Shown: positions 26,100 to 40,271 of the stretch, piece after piece
Numbering within the stretch: the first letter of the stretch is position 1
How the letters are laid out: each line of letters starts with the position of its first letter
Assembly: GCF_004010195.1 (NCBI RefSeq)
Contig: NC_057751.1
Span: 8,997,611 to 9,061,610 of the forward strand
Direction: 5' to 3'
Origin: Chiloscyllium plagiosum
Taxonomy: Eukaryota
DNA length: 64,000 nucleotides
Translations under genes and position numbers: made by a program
Notes under the pieces: generated by a model
What the model saw: only the letters and a program-made list of their open reading frames with translations
The model's database searches: none
Told to the model about the DNA's origin: nothing

Positions 26100-26600
26100 T
26101 TTTCCATCATTTAATTCAGAGCAAGTTGGTATTTATTGCCAATTCCTAATTAGCCTTAAGAAGTAACAATGAGCCATCTTCTTGAACTGTTGCATTATAA
26201 GTGATATCAGTGCACCCACAAGACTTTTCAGGAATAGTGCCTAGATTTTGACTCAGCATTGATATCAAAATAGTTGAACGTCAGGATAATGCATAACACA
26301 TTGGGAATTTGCAAGTGATGGTGTTCCCATATATTTGCCATCCATTTTTGTCAAGGTGGTAGATGTCAGATTTGGGAGGCGTCAAAGTAGTTTTGTTGAG
26401 TTGGTGGAGTGGATCTTCTAAATGGGACATTCTGATGCCACTGTGCATCACTGGTGATGGGAGAGAATACTTAAGGTGGTGGGTGAGTTTTCAATCAAGT
26501 AAGTTCTTTGTCCTGGTTGGTGCTGAGCTTCTTGAGCTGGTAGGGATCTGTACTCTTCCAGACAAGTTGATAATTTACCATATTCTTGAGTTGCGTCTTG
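26100..26600 (-). mobile_element. Old Zenon/L2-like LINE 3' fragment
   Basis: gtatttattgccaattcctaattagcc...cttcttgaact, same family as 6455. Confidence 0.6.
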
Positions 26601-27071
26601 TGAGAGAAAGACCACCTCTCAGACAAAACATTTTACCTGAGTACAGTCCATGAAAATATCAACAATCCAAACTTTTACCTCAACTTTTCCATTTGTGAGA
26701 TGAGATGTCTGTCTTGTCAGGGAGATGCGAAAGATCTCATGGGACTATTTCAAAGACGTAAATTACCCATTAACTGACCATTATCTCATTACTATTGTAG
26801 AACCTTCATGTAAATTTACTTCCCTCAATCCATCAATGACTATGCTTCAAAAATATTTGATTAGCTGTAATGTGTTTTGGGAAAGTATGGAGCCATAATG
26901 TGCATTACAGAAAATATATTCATTCATCTCTTTTTGTGGGAATGTGGAGCTAATTTGAAAACAGATTGCTCAACACTTGGACTTTGAATATATTCATGAA
27001 TGACCAACTACATGCTCCAGATTTAAATGGGTCATTGAATAAAGCACAGTAACCATGATTTGTATACATGT

Positions 27072-27250
27072 AATAAAACAAAGTACTGCAGGCATTAGAG
27101 ATCTAAAAAAAAGGAAAAATAGAAATTCTTGGAGAAGCTCAGCAGGTCTGGCAGCATCTGTGGAAAGAAAGCAGAGTTAATGTTTCAAGTCTAGTGACCA
27201 TTCTTGAAGAGTTTCTCCAACAATTTCTGTTTAAGTTTGTTTCAGAATCT
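27072..27250. mobile_element. PLE family A-like pseudo-LTR with short inverted tail
   Basis: ctcagcaggtctggcagcatctgtgga...gagttaatgtttcaagtctagtgacc, then inverted gagtttctccaacaatttctg. Confidence 0.65.
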
Positions 27251-30200
27251 GTAAGCATTTGGTAGGGATAATTCCACTGCTTTACTAGTGTGCTCAGTGA
27301 TTATTTTACACTCAAACAAATAAGGATGACACATTAAAATTCCTCATCCTGAAAGTGTCATACTTGCAGTTGCCACAACACAAACAATATGGTCTATTGG
27401 ATTGGCTCAAATTATTAGATTGATATGAATACAAAAATAAAACTGCTAAACATTTTTTTTAAATGACATTTCAGACATATACGTTATTGTTGTAAATATA
27501 AAGGTCAGGCTAAATATTATCAGAAGGCTGTAAATCCTAAAATGGGTTCTCAAAAGGTGAGTTTGACTTCTGTCCTTTCAAATTCCTTTATATTACATCC
27601 TGACATCATAAAGCACACCTTTTCTCTCTTTGCAAAAGCTATAAAAATTAACACTGCGTAGAACATCATTAATTCTCTTGAAGTCTGTCCTGAACTGTCT
27701 TATCAGAGCAATTGGCCATTTCAAACCATTTTATCTTTTCTTACCAGCACACAAATTAATAACAGAAATCCTCATACAGTTTCCCCACTAACATGGAGGT
27801 GAGAAGGAATAGGATGAGGGATGCAGAGAGAAGAGGCTGTGATCAACTGGAGTTTCACCATGACTATTCCAGTTGAACTCAGTTAATCCAGCACAATTTT
27901 AGTCTGTATGGTTCAGCTCCAAAGTGGGTGGTATGTTTACCAATGGAGCCAGTGGATGAGAAGCAGACAAAGCATGTTTACTTTCACATTTAAGAAAAAA
28001 AAATCCGAAATTTAAAAAAACAACGACCTGGGTGTAAAACCAACCAAGGTCACAGAAAGATTGGGTGGCCCATACATGTCTCATGTGAACATATAGCAGC
28101 CAGAATTTACAAACTGAATTTCTTTTTGTAATATTACTGGAGACATTAAGCAGATATCTGGTTATATTTGATGGTAGGTCATATGTGTAACACTCAGGTA
28201 GCCGATGGCTTGAGCAGATGTGGTATGTCTCTTGTCAGACAAAGTTAAGAAGACTGACAGGACAAGAAGTAGGTAATTTGATCTCCCGGTGATTAGAGCT
28301 GCCTCAAGCTGAGCTCTAAAGAGAAAATTAATCTTCTACGTCGTCAAATAATCCCATGACTTGCATCTAATGCAATAATAAGGCTGCAGAATACCTCGTT
28401 CACCCAGGCGATTCATATGAGGTGGGCTGCGTTACCCTGGGACTGGAGTATGAGAGATTCTGACAGTTGATAGACAGCTGAATTCTTTCCTGGGAGCACT
28501 GTCTGAAACAACGGGGCCAGATGGAAAATCACAGCTCATGTTTAATATTCATATTCGAGGAAGATAGAAGTCCCAATTCCCACAAACGTTTTATGGTTGC
28601 TTGCTGTGTATATTTTGTTCACCTCTCTTTGTCATTTTGCTCTGCTTCAACATTTGTACAAAGCCATGTCACACGTCAGATAAATCTTTGTTTTTGGTTT
28701 CTTAAACTACTAACTGAAGTTAGAACGCAGATACAAGATAAAGACCTCCAGCATATTATTTTTCACTGCTAAAAAGTTCCAAATGCAGCCTCTTTTATCT
28801 GACCAAAATTCAACAGAAAACATTTGCAGGAGTGGAGATGCTCCACAATTTTCTGGAGACGTGTATTCCCTCATGCTCAAAAACAGTGTGTTGCATTCAA
28901 TTAAAATATTGCATCTGAACATTTTGTTATCAAAGGCACCCATTGAAAGAAACTCCTGAGGTGGAGTAGTGATTCATCGTGACCAGGTATTTAAAGCTTC
29001 CCTTAGACAGTGTGTTTAACATTAGAGAACATTCTGCAGCTAGCATGGGTACTGGATTGAATGCAAAATGAAATCTGATTAGTTCTGATTGTTGATAACA
29101 AATTAATCCTGCTTTCAACATCCACAAACAACATAGATTTTTTTCAACATTTATCTTTCAATTATTTGTTTGTGATTTGTGGACATCACTGTCAAGACCA
29201 ACATTCATTGCCCTTCACTAACTGCCTCTGTAGTGCAGAGCCAACTTTTCATCCACTTCAAGCATTGAAGGTGCATCCAGAGAGCTGATGGATGTGGATT
29301 TTCAAGGTTTGACTCACCACAGATGAAGAAAGAGTGATATATTTTCAAAGTCAGAAAGCATCTGATTTGGAGGGGAGGTGTGTTCAGGTGCCCTTTGTCC
29401 TGTCAGGTGGAAGCAGTTATGGACTTGGGAACTTTCATTCTTTCTGATATGATTTTTGATTTCACAGGACGGAAACTAAGAACGTAACATTTGCTTTTAA
29501 TTTTAAGATATTGACGCCTGTTTCCAAATAGCTCACAAAGTAATTGTTTTTAAACAGAAATTTAAGTTAAAGAACAAGAATGTGACTGTAATTACACTGC
29601 AGAGGTGGTGGGAGCTCTTGTATAGGAGCTACACAGTTAGTCATGACATTGCCATTAATGATCTGACCACAATTTCAGGTTTAAAATTCAACCCTTTCCT
29701 TTCTGCAAATATACTTGGTATCCTTATGAACTCTTCTGTACTGCTTGTCCCAAAAGTTGTGGGATTGTCGGTTTCCTCATGATTGTGTTTCTATGAACAT
29801 AAAGACATCATTTTATAACAACTGTTGATGGGATTAAATGGATACAAACACAATGAAATTCAAAACAATGTTCATTCTTCATGAAGGTGAATTATGTTCA
29901 ACAACAATATGTGTTCCATGTAATGCCTCATCACTACTCAAATGCAAGTGTGGAAAACCAGAATCCACATTAAAAATTTGAAACAAGGCTGTGTGGATTA
30001 TGGGTTAAATCGTCTGTTTCTAAGCTATAGACTCCATGGACTATCTTACCAAATGTTGCCGAAGCATTAATTTTGTCACATTTCTCTCCATTAGGCAGCC
30101 ACAGTATAGATTCATATCTTAAGAAGTAGAGAATACACATCCAAAATGGGTCATTTAACCCATTAGTTTCTGCTGGTGTTTATGCATTAGCATCCTCCCA

Positions 30201-30989
30201 TTCCATGAACTTCATCTCAACGTTTCATACTTTTTATATCCTTTTCTCTCATGTACTCATAGCATTTCCTACTGCAGATATTGCTCCTTGGAGCCGAACT
30301 TTCCACATTCTAACTACTGCACTTTTATTTTATTAGTTAATAAATATTTCATTTTTATCATATTTAGGCATACACTAGGGCATTGGGAGTCTCCACACAA
30401 CCACACCCTTGTAATGGTTAGTATTTCAAATGAGAAGAGAACAATATTGGGAAGAAGCAAGTCACCAATTTGAAGTTCTCAATATTTTTTAACAATTGAT
30501 ACCAGCCGTTATTGTCCTGCAGATTGGGTCACATCAAACTGTAATCTACAAAAATTCTGTGAGCACGAGAGAGTTTACTCTCAGATCCAATATTCAGGCC
30601 TCCAATTATTCATTTTATCAGGGACATCTGCCTGATGTTGTCATGTAAGCAAAGTTTGCTTGGTGATGCAACAGTGATTTCAGTTCCAAATGAATCTTTC
30701 TAATTCAGTAATTTGTTTCAGTTGACCTCAGTTGTTAGCACCCTCAAATCTGAGATAAAGATTTTAATTTTGAATCCTGCTGCAGAGCTGAGTATGGAAG
30801 TGAAGTGTTTTTCCAATGCTGTAACAATGGAAGTACTTCACATGAGAGACATTAATTGAAAGTGGACTCAGTTTTTTTGGTGCAGTGATAGTGTCTATAC
30901 CCCTGGATGGGCAGGCCTGGATTCAAGTCTCACCTTCTCTAGAGCTATATAACATCTTTGAACAAGTTGATGAGAAAAACAGGTTAAAG

Positions 30990-31560
30990 TGAGTCGGTTA
31001 TTGTGAAGTAAAAGCTGCTGCTTGATAGCACTGTTGATGAGACCTTCCCATCACCTTACTGATGATCGAGAGGAGACTGAGGGGGCAGTAATTTGCCAGG
31101 TTGGTTTTGTCCTGCTTTTTGTGTATAGGACATACCTGGGCAATGTTCCACATTGTCATGTAAATACTAATGTTGTAACTGTACTGGAACAACTTGGCAG
31201 GGGGAGTGGAAAGTTCTGGAGCACAAGTACGATTGCTGGAATGTTGTCAGAGCCCATATCCTTATACTTCTGTATAATTCAATTATTTATTGATATTATG
31301 GAACGTGAACTGAATTGGCTGAAGGCTGGTGTCTGTAATGCTCGGGACCACTGGAGGAGGCCAAGATGGATTGTCCACTTGGCACCTCTGGCTGAATTTT
31401 GCTGTAAACTTTTCAGCCTGATCATTGCACTGATATGTTGGTCTCTTCCAACAATGAGGATGGGGATAGTTGTGGAGCCTTCTCCTCCAGTGAGTTGTTT
31501 AATTGTTCACCAGCAGTCACGACTGGATTGCCAAGACTACAAAGTTTAGATCTGATACTT
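30990..31560 (-). mobile_element. Zenon/L2-like LINE internal fragment (RT N-terminal)
   Basis: WNIAQVCPIHKKQDKTNLANYCPLSLLSIISKVM in ORF 30998..31192. Confidence 0.8.
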
Positions 31561-31884
31561 AGGTTCACTTCACTCTATAAATGAGATGTCCAGTTCTAAT
31601 TTTTCTTTTTGTTTCAGTTTAAAGCCATTTCAAATCTTCAAACATCTATTTTGGAACAAGGAGTGGGAATTTTAAAAGGGATTTTTATTGATTGAATATC
31701 AGAATCCGGGGACCAATTTAAAGGCAATCTGAAGGTAAAAGCAAGTGAATGAGCAGGGCAGTCATTATTCCTGATGGTCTTGCTTTGCTGCGGTGCTCAG
31801 AATTTAATTTAACATTTGACCCTGAAGGACTGAGACAGGAAATGGTGACTCTGCTTTTGGGAAGAGCATAGCTGATTCATCCGG

Positions 31885-32370
31885 AGGAAGGATGTTGTGA
31901 AACTTGAAGGGTTCAGAAAAGAATTACGAGGATGTTGCCAGGGTTGGAGGATTTGAACTATATGGAGAGGCTGAATAGGCCGGGGTGGTTTTCCTTGGAG
32001 CGTCGGAGGCTGAGGGGTGACCTAATAGAGGTTTATAAAAATCATGAGGGACATGGATAGGTCTTGGGTGGGGGAGTCCAGAAGTAGAAGGGTATATGTT
32101 TCCGGTGAGAGGGGAAAAATTTAAAAGGGACCTCAGGGACAACTTTTTCACACAAAGGGTGATGAGTGTCTGGAATGAGCTGTCAGAGGAAGTGGTAGAG
32201 GCTGGTACAATTACAACATTTAAAAGGCATCTGGATGGGTATATGAACAGGGTTTAGAGGGATATTGGCCAAGTGCTGGCAAATAGGACTGGATTAATTT
32301 AGGATAGCTGGTCGGCATGGACAAGTTGCACTGAACGGTCTGTTTCTGTGCTGTACATCTCTGTGACTTC
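31885..32370 (+). mobile_element. CR1 (HER1-like) 3' fragment
   Basis: RRLRGDLIEVYKIMR, FFTQRV..VWNEL; tail matches the 23938 copy. Confidence 0.88.
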
Positions 32371-32630
32371 ATCCCACTTTACGTAGAGTCACAGAGAAGA
32401 TGTTAAACTCTTATGCAGCTGATCTACTGAGGCTCTTCTTTCTATCTCCCCAAAAGTCTGCCTTTCACAGTAATACTGGCAGAGAGCTGAGTAAAAGTGT
32501 CTCATGCACATATTATACATGGGCCTGAAAATATTTTGGGAGATTGGAAGGTAGAGAGGAGGTGGATCAAGAGGTAACTTCCAAAATTAAAAAGAAAATT
32601 CAACTGTACAAGTGGTCTTTTCTCAGCTGG

Positions 32631-32955
32631 TTTAGGTTAGGTTAGATTCTCTACAGTATGGAAACAGGCCTTTCAGCCCAACAAGTCCACACTGACTCTC
32701 TGAAGAGTAACCCACCCAGACCCATTCGCTAGCTTATATTTACCCTGACTAATGCACCTATCACTATGGGCAATTTAGCATGGCCAATTCACCTGACCCG
32801 CACATCTTTGGATTGTGGGAGGAAACCGGAGCACCCTGAGGAAACCCACGCAGACACAGGGAGAATGTGCAAACTCCACACAGACAGTCAACCGAGGCGG
32901 GAATTGAAAGGGGGTCTCTGGCGCTGTGAGGCAGCAGTGAGCCACTATGCCACCC
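32631..32955 (-). mobile_element. Full-length V-SINE (HE1-like)
   Basis: V-domain gtggagtttgcacattctccctgtgtctgcgtgggtttcctc on minus; tRNA-like head; (aacct)n tail. Confidence 0.88.
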
Positions 32956-33839
32956 ATTTACCCCAGTGAACCCATTTCAATTTCTGATCATGTTCCAGTA
33001 AAGCACCTTTGAACATTTTGTTTCTTTAAATATGCTAAATAATTAAAGATGTTGTTATGGGTTAAGGTGAATGGAGAGTGAAGATGTGCAACAATTTGTT
33101 CTACTTTCCTTGTTTCTTTCCTCAAGTATTTTGCTGGTCCTTTCTGTAACTCTGATAGATCCTGAATTACTTTGGAGATATGGAGTGAACTACTTTAGCC
33201 TTGTCAGTGTTATGCAAAGTAGGGAAATTGTATGACTTTAAAGCTACTCTTTTGATCATGCTCTGGTCACCCATATGTCATTTTGTGATTCTGAGTAAAT
33301 TTTTTTGGTAACTATGCCATTGAAGCTCCCTGTGACACTTTTACAACATACTTCATTTAAATAGTGTTGTTATTATTATTGTAACATGATGGTCAGCAAT
33401 ATCCTCAACTCGAGACAATGTAATATAATCATGACCAAAGGCTAATTGCTTCATAATATTGTGACACACAGTAGGAAGAATATACATTTGTTATATTTGG
33501 AGATCATTTTTATTTTACTTGCTGTCATAATGGCTGACAGATAAGTGTCCTGCATCAAAATGAAATATACAATCATATTTGTGTAAATGAAATATACTTG
33601 TGATCATTTGGCCTCTCTAATTATTTGTAATGTACGGCATTGCCATTTTGAAAATGAACCAACTTGTAGTTTCCAAAACATTTTGTTGGTGATCCCTTTC
33701 CTTTTTTATCCCTATCTTTCCGTGGGTGCTGATTTCTGCAGTTTCCATTGGGACCTTTCAGCATTGGGGCATCAATCAGTTGGTTGTTCTGCAGCCAGCC
33801 CAGTCAGTGAGCAAAAGCAGACTATTTAATTCGAGAATT

Positions 33840-34050
33840 CAACCATAGGCCTTAAGCCCTCAAATTCCCTCTCTAAGCAAGAAACTTCTCTTTGAAGATA
33901 GGCCTTAAAACTGACCTCTTTTACCAAGCTTTTGGTCACAGGTCTGTGGGTATTCTTCTGTGATGTGCCGTCAAATTCTGTGTGTTAATGCTCCTGTGAA
34001 GTGTTTTGGGATATTTACTTCGAAGGAATTATATAAATGAAAGTTGGTGT
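33840..34050 (+). mobile_element. L2-like LINE 3' end
   Basis: ccttaaaac...ccaagcttttggtcac...gctcctgtgaagtgttttggg...atataaatgaaagttg; similar pieces at 41340-41610, 44340-45130 and 62970-63360. Confidence 0.6.
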
Positions 34051-36559
34051 TTTGGGGAGAGCTCCATGTCATGCTGTTTCAAACTAACAGTCTCCCCCCT
34101 CTTGTACATGCACAAACACATACTTGACAGCATGATCATTACCTGATATTTGCATGAACTTTTCTCTCTCACTGGGCAGGAGAAGGGAAGAGTAATATTA
34201 TCATATTTTCTACAGCCCCATGAAAATAAGCAAAATCTACACAGATTGAAAGTGGAACCATTTTTTATTCTAGGATATGAAAGGCACTGGCAAGGCTTGC
34301 ATTTATGTACCAAATTGCCTTGAACTGACTGGCTCACTGGCCATTTTGGAGAATAATTGCTTGTGGGATCTAGAGTTCCATATTGGCCAGACTGAGTAAG
34401 GGCAGCAGATTTCTTTCCATAAAAGATGCTAGTGAACTTGATAGATGTTGATCTGTTTTGGTTGAAGCAGAATATTCTCGGAACTTTGAGAATTAACAGC
34501 CATTTGTGTCCTTCTTTATTTTTCTATGCATTTTGAGGAAACTGAGTGATGTTCACAACAAAACAGGATCAAGTACAGTTAAGGAAAATGTTCTGCATCG
34601 TAGGTGATGTCACAACTTGGATCATTTTGTCACTCTCCTGAGTATTTCCCAAAAATCAGAAACTAAGTGCCTTGCATCATTTAATAAGCTGGGCTTAAGG
34701 CTCTAGCGTTTATGTTTTCTTGGTTGTACTCTACGTTTTGTCAAGATTATTGCCTGCATGACTGAAGTAATGTGCTAGATTTGCAAATATTCCAGTGTAT
34801 TTGGGTGCCATCCAATGCCTGGGTTTGGGTCTGAGTTATCTGGTAATAAGAGAATACCCCAGGCTGCACATAAACAAAACTAAATGGCTACCTCTAATTC
34901 TGAAACTATCAGACACAAAGCATGTTTGTTTTCTCAACCCTTCTCCATCCTTCAGTTTCTGATTTAAGTTTGTCCCTCTTTAAATATATTATTATGCTCT
35001 AATCTTGTTATCTGATCCTTAGTTTTATTTTAGCCAGAGGTCTACAGAAAAAGAAGCTATTATGGTTTAATTGAGGTTGCAGAAAGCAGCATCTGGGTCA
35101 AAAGAAACTCAAAAATGTTTTATTTTACATCTCATAGCTTCCTTTGCACAAAGTAGGAGGAGTAAGAGTGTGACTCTTGACCCTGCAAGGAAAGTTTAGT
35201 TATCCCCTTAGCCTGGGCTTGCCCATTTCTACTTTCCTAAGTGGTGGAAGGTGCAGGAACAGCCTTTTTCCAGGATCTCTCTCTATCTCTCTCCCATCTG
35301 CTTCCAACTTTCAGGCAGTGACTGGCTGGCTAGTGCCTTCACTACTGAGGTTAAGAGGGCTTTTCCTTTGCCACCTGGCTGACCTCAAATCAGATCTTCA
35401 CACCTTCTCATGCACACATAGGATCACAATCTTATTTGCCCTAATTTTCATGTTCCAAGCATAGAATTGTCAACATATGCAGCAACTTGCTTTTCCTTTC
35501 AAAGCCAGAGTGACAGCTTTCGAATCCAAGTGTACGATTCAGACAATAGCCTTGAATATAAAAGGAGGTTTGATCAGAGCAAGCTGGCAGGACATGACCT
35601 GGGCATGAATGTTTCACGCACCAGATGCCTTTTCCTTTGTTCCCCCATCTCCTCCTGATAGCTGCACTGTTGTTGGCATCTTCCTGGCTTTGACATCTGC
35701 TCTGGACTATTGATACAATCGAGTGGCAAATCTCAGAGGAACAAACAAGGTAAACAAAGAACCATCTAATGGAATTCCCCTGTTGCAGGAGGCCATTAGT
35801 CTAATCCAGGGATTTATTTAAGTTTCTATTATTTCATATGAGAACACTGTCATTAAAACAAATCCACCAGGTAATATGTGTTCGTTTTAAGGGGGAAAAT
35901 CCCCTTAGATCCTGCAGGAAGCATCATTGCATTGCAGTTTGTGAAAGCAGTCTGTGTGATTTAATTAGGTGATATCCAGCCAAGTTTAAATTCAACAGGA
36001 TTTTTACTAAATCAAAAACATTGATTCAGGGAGCTTTGAAGCATGTCATTCAAGGTGTGTAATGTCTCACAAAGTTGAGCAGGATTGCGTGGGATGAACT
36101 ACAAATGCAAAAAGATCATGTATATGTTGGTGAATATGCAATATAATAATCCCAAACATTTGAAAGCAAAAAAATATTGAATGAATTACAGAGTATCCAG
36201 GTTAATTTGACATTTTACGTAGAAGACTTAAATTCCAGTTTTCAGTCAGCATTCATCACCATCTTCCAAGCTTTCAAATAGACTGTGGATTTCTGATTTT
36301 AATATTGTGGCTGAAGTGATTATTGCGACAAGCAACCTTTCTCCTTCAACTAAATATTGGATAACCATCTCCTGTTCTTCCTCAACAACAAAGCATCATT
36401 TTACACATACATGCCACCTCCTCATTGCACCTTTTCCATATTTACATGGTGTTGATCACAATAAACGAAAGCACCTTTTTTGCTTTCGGATGGCCACTGT
36501 GCATTTTGCTGTCATTCACAGCTCTAGTCGCACCTTTTATTTTTCCATCTTTCCCTTTA

Positions 36560-36790
36560 CTGTTCTGCTTGGCTCTGCTGCATTAACTCATCTGCCTTTT
36601 TCCGCCCTCTCACAAATATTCTCTTTTCTTCCTTTTCTACCTTCCCTCATTTAACTTACATCAACCTATTTCATTCTTCATTTGTCCCAATTCTGAAGAG
36701 CTATCAGCAATCTAAAACGATAATTCTCTTTCTTTCTTCACTGATGCTGCTGGACTTGCTGAGTATTTCGAATTATTTTCTGTTTTTATC
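36560..36790 (+). mobile_element. Old PLE family A-like 3' end
   Basis: Pyrimidine tract, then ttctgaagag...aaaacgataattctc...ctgatgctgctggacttgctgagtattt. Confidence 0.5.
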
Positions 36791-37721
36791 ACAATATCAC
36801 CCACCTTGATTAATTTGTTCCCAGCACACAGACTTTCCGCACAGTTTTCTGTTTCTTTAGGTTCCAAAGTAATCTGCAGATTTCTTCAGCAATAAATAAA
36901 AAAGGTCAGCACTACCTAATTACAGCTCCCTAATTATATTAACTTCTCACTACGTCAACTCCTGATGCTGCCCTGCACTTTGAAATGATAGGTATAAGAT
37001 CAGAATGGAATTAGTCCGTTAGGACCATCATGCCGGCTCCACCATTCAATCATGGCTGTTAAATTTCTCAACCTCATTCTTCTGCCTTCTCCTTGTAACC
37101 CTTGATTCCCTTACTAATCAAAAACCTTCGTTTTAAATCAGTTTGATTTAAAAAAAAAACTTGTCTCTGCCTTCTGTCATTTCTTTCCCGTACTTGGTAT
37201 CCTTTCCGCTTTACCCTAATATATATTTTTGGTTTGTGAAATCTTGGCAAGGGCATGTGCTCAAGCAAGCTGATTGTTCAGTGTCCTGACATTGGGGTGG
37301 AGGCACGCGTTAGTCATTTGCTGTAAATGATCCTCAGTTGACTTTTCTGCCAGTCTGCATATGCAGTGAAACCCTTTCCATCTGAGCTCATGCTAATTAG
37401 CATGATCATTTTGATACCACTATAACGACTGTCAATTTGCTTTAATGCCATCTTGAACAGAACTCTCCAATTAGGAACAAACCTGTTCAGGGCTGCACTG
37501 TAATTATGGGTAAGCCATTTTGCATCCTGCTTGAACAAGCGACATATGATGCATTTACAGACAATCTGTGTTTGATTGTTGTGTGACAGTTAAAAACACA
37601 TTGGAAAAAAAGAGAAGACTATTAAAGTGCTGAAATCAATAGCACCATATAATGCATCTGGGAAAACAAGAACACATTGGTTAAGAAAGGGGCCTCAGAC
37701 AGGATTGGTGGAGATTAGTGC

Positions 37722-37956
37722 TGAAATAACTCCAACAAGGCTGGTATCCCGTCACCAAATCACCCTTTATTTACATGTGCACAGTTCATGACACTGACCC
37801 AGCTAGCTCAGAGCCGGCTCCTATAGTGAGCAGAACCCCTGGTGCTCCTGTTTCTATATGTCAGCCAGACTCCCTGATTGGACCAGGTTAACAGCCCCAA
37901 TCACAGAATTCAGGTTCTATGAAGTTCAATTGGTTGACAATGTTCCAGTCACTACA
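37722..37956 (-). mobile_element. Solo LTR (probably Gypsy-type), 235 bp
   Basis: TG...CA ends; on minus CCAAT, TATA-like atatagaaa and AATAAA in the expected order; flanks agtgc (37717-37721) / aatgc (37957-37961). Confidence 0.75.
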
Positions 37957-40271
37957 AATGCAACACTGTTTTTTGCGTAGTTGCATTTTGGAAGTAACTT
38001 TGGGATTGAGAAACATTGCTGATTGAAAGTTCACCCTTCATTTCTCAATGGGAAATGTAAACATTTAGAAAACCTTGCCTGTGTCTTTTTTGTCAGAAAT
38101 ACTAAACATGTCAGAGACTAATCAGGATAAAGTCTCCTTCCTACTGAACTACCACATCTCAATTATGAAATTGGTGCTCTGGAATGGTTCATTTCAGATC
38201 TGAGTGCCTTGGTGTGTGAGGCTACCAATAATTTGAAGTATGGTAACCTTGCTGAGCTACCAACCTCGTCTTTGCTGTAAAGCCACTGTTGTAGGTAATA
38301 CACAAGAGCCAGGCAGTGAGGAAAGAAAATATCTCATTATAAAATTATAACTAAAGTACTTGATTCCTCTGTTCACCCTTTAATCTGTGCATTCATGAAC
38401 ATGGAAGAGGGATAAACATCTCATCCATGTGTTTAACTTTACTCATTTAATTTGCACGTGTGAGACTTCGAACATATGTATGTGGTACTTGGATACATCA
38501 TGGCACTATACCATCAAAATTTCCAGGTTATTTCAAATCATAAGTGAAGATCCGTCCACAATGCACCACACTTCCGGGTCAAGTCCGTTATGGAGGAGAG
38601 TTCACATGACATAGCTTCATATTTCCTGGTCTTGTTAGGTATTGGGTGAAACTCCCTCTATACTACCCCATTAAGCATTCTCAGTTATTTTCAGTGGAGA
38701 CTAACTCACTGAATTTTCCTGCACAGAATGTATGAATAGAAATTTCACTTTGTTGAGGTCCAGAATGTTAATGGCACAGAGACAATTGACACTGCAGAGG
38801 CATGCAGCACATTCTTTTACACACAATATCAAGTATAAATATAATTTACGATACTTTGTAGATTATAAATACGTGGGATAACAGTCCTTTCCATGTGTAA
38901 ACTTTCTAACAGAACTTCAGAGATCAACACAGTTCAGACAGGCTCATCAAGTACATGCCAGTTTGGAAAGACATTTCTCGACAGCTTCCTTTCATGCTTT
39001 GAGCAGGAGCATTGAATGCAATTTGTCGATCCCACCAAAGCCCCTGCCTGCTCCCACCTGCCAGCAAAAAGACACTTAGCTGAACCTGATTATTTGGCAT
39101 CCTATTTTCTAGCTGCTTATAATGTGTTACATTTGGAAAGTGTCAGTATGTCACCAGTTTTCAGAGCGCAATGTGATAGAATATGACTGCCTGTCACACA
39201 ATACAGTTGGAATCACGTTTATCAGTTCAATTCATGTTTTGAGCTGAGATTTCAAGGCAGGAGCTTACTTTGACAGAAACAGGTTGGGCAACTTTAAAGC
39301 TTTCCATGTCTCTGAGGTTTCTAATGTGGCAGGCTGCTCTGAAGAACCTCACCAAAGAGAATAAACTTTAACAGAAGCCCAGAATTTTGGAACATAGAAG
39401 AAAATCCCAGCTCATAAAGTCTACGTTGAATCTCTTGAAGGGCAATATCCAATTAATTTCTTTTCACTTCAAGTATTCAGACAATTTCTATTTGAAGTTT
39501 ACTACTGAATCTTAGTAGGAAGCACTTTCCAAACCTTTACTGCTTTCTGCATTAAAAGGAATGTTTTCACATCATCGCTGGGTTTTTTTGCCAATCCATG
39601 CTCTCTGTGAGCAAATTTTCAGACATTTGAAACAGCCACTTTTTATTTACTGTGTAAACTATTCATGACCAAATGCTGATTCTGTTTTCGAATAAGGAGA
39701 GCAACACATCCAAGTCAGATGTCTCTAACCACTAGATCACAGCATTTTCCAGTCCTGAAGTAATGATCATGAATGGGCAGCCTGGCTGAGTTTCAGCTCG
39801 AAACCTAGAAGACTTTAGGTAATCATAGCTTTTCTAGATATTTTCAAATTAACCTGTTCAGGGATGTCATGACACTCCTCTGGAACTTGAATCTAGACAT
39901 CCTAGCTCAGGTCATTGTGTCATATATGCAATAGGTTTAACTCGTCTATTGCTGTTGATTTCATTGAGACCATCTAACATAATCAAAGAGCAAGAATTGA
40001 GCTCTGGGATCGGGTGGTCTAACAGCTTATTACCACATAGGTGTGCACAATTAATTGAGGTCTATTTTGTTTGCGATAATCAACTGTGAGAAAATGAAGG
40101 AAATATAAATTAGAACAATTTACAAATGCCTTACCAAAATCCCAATGTCATTACTGCTGCTCAGGCTACCATGACCATTATCAAAATTTGTCACAATCCG
40201 TAAACTGCACCCACTTTGGTAAAGCTGCCATCTGGCACCCTGAACTGGATATTGTGGTAGAAATGACAAAT

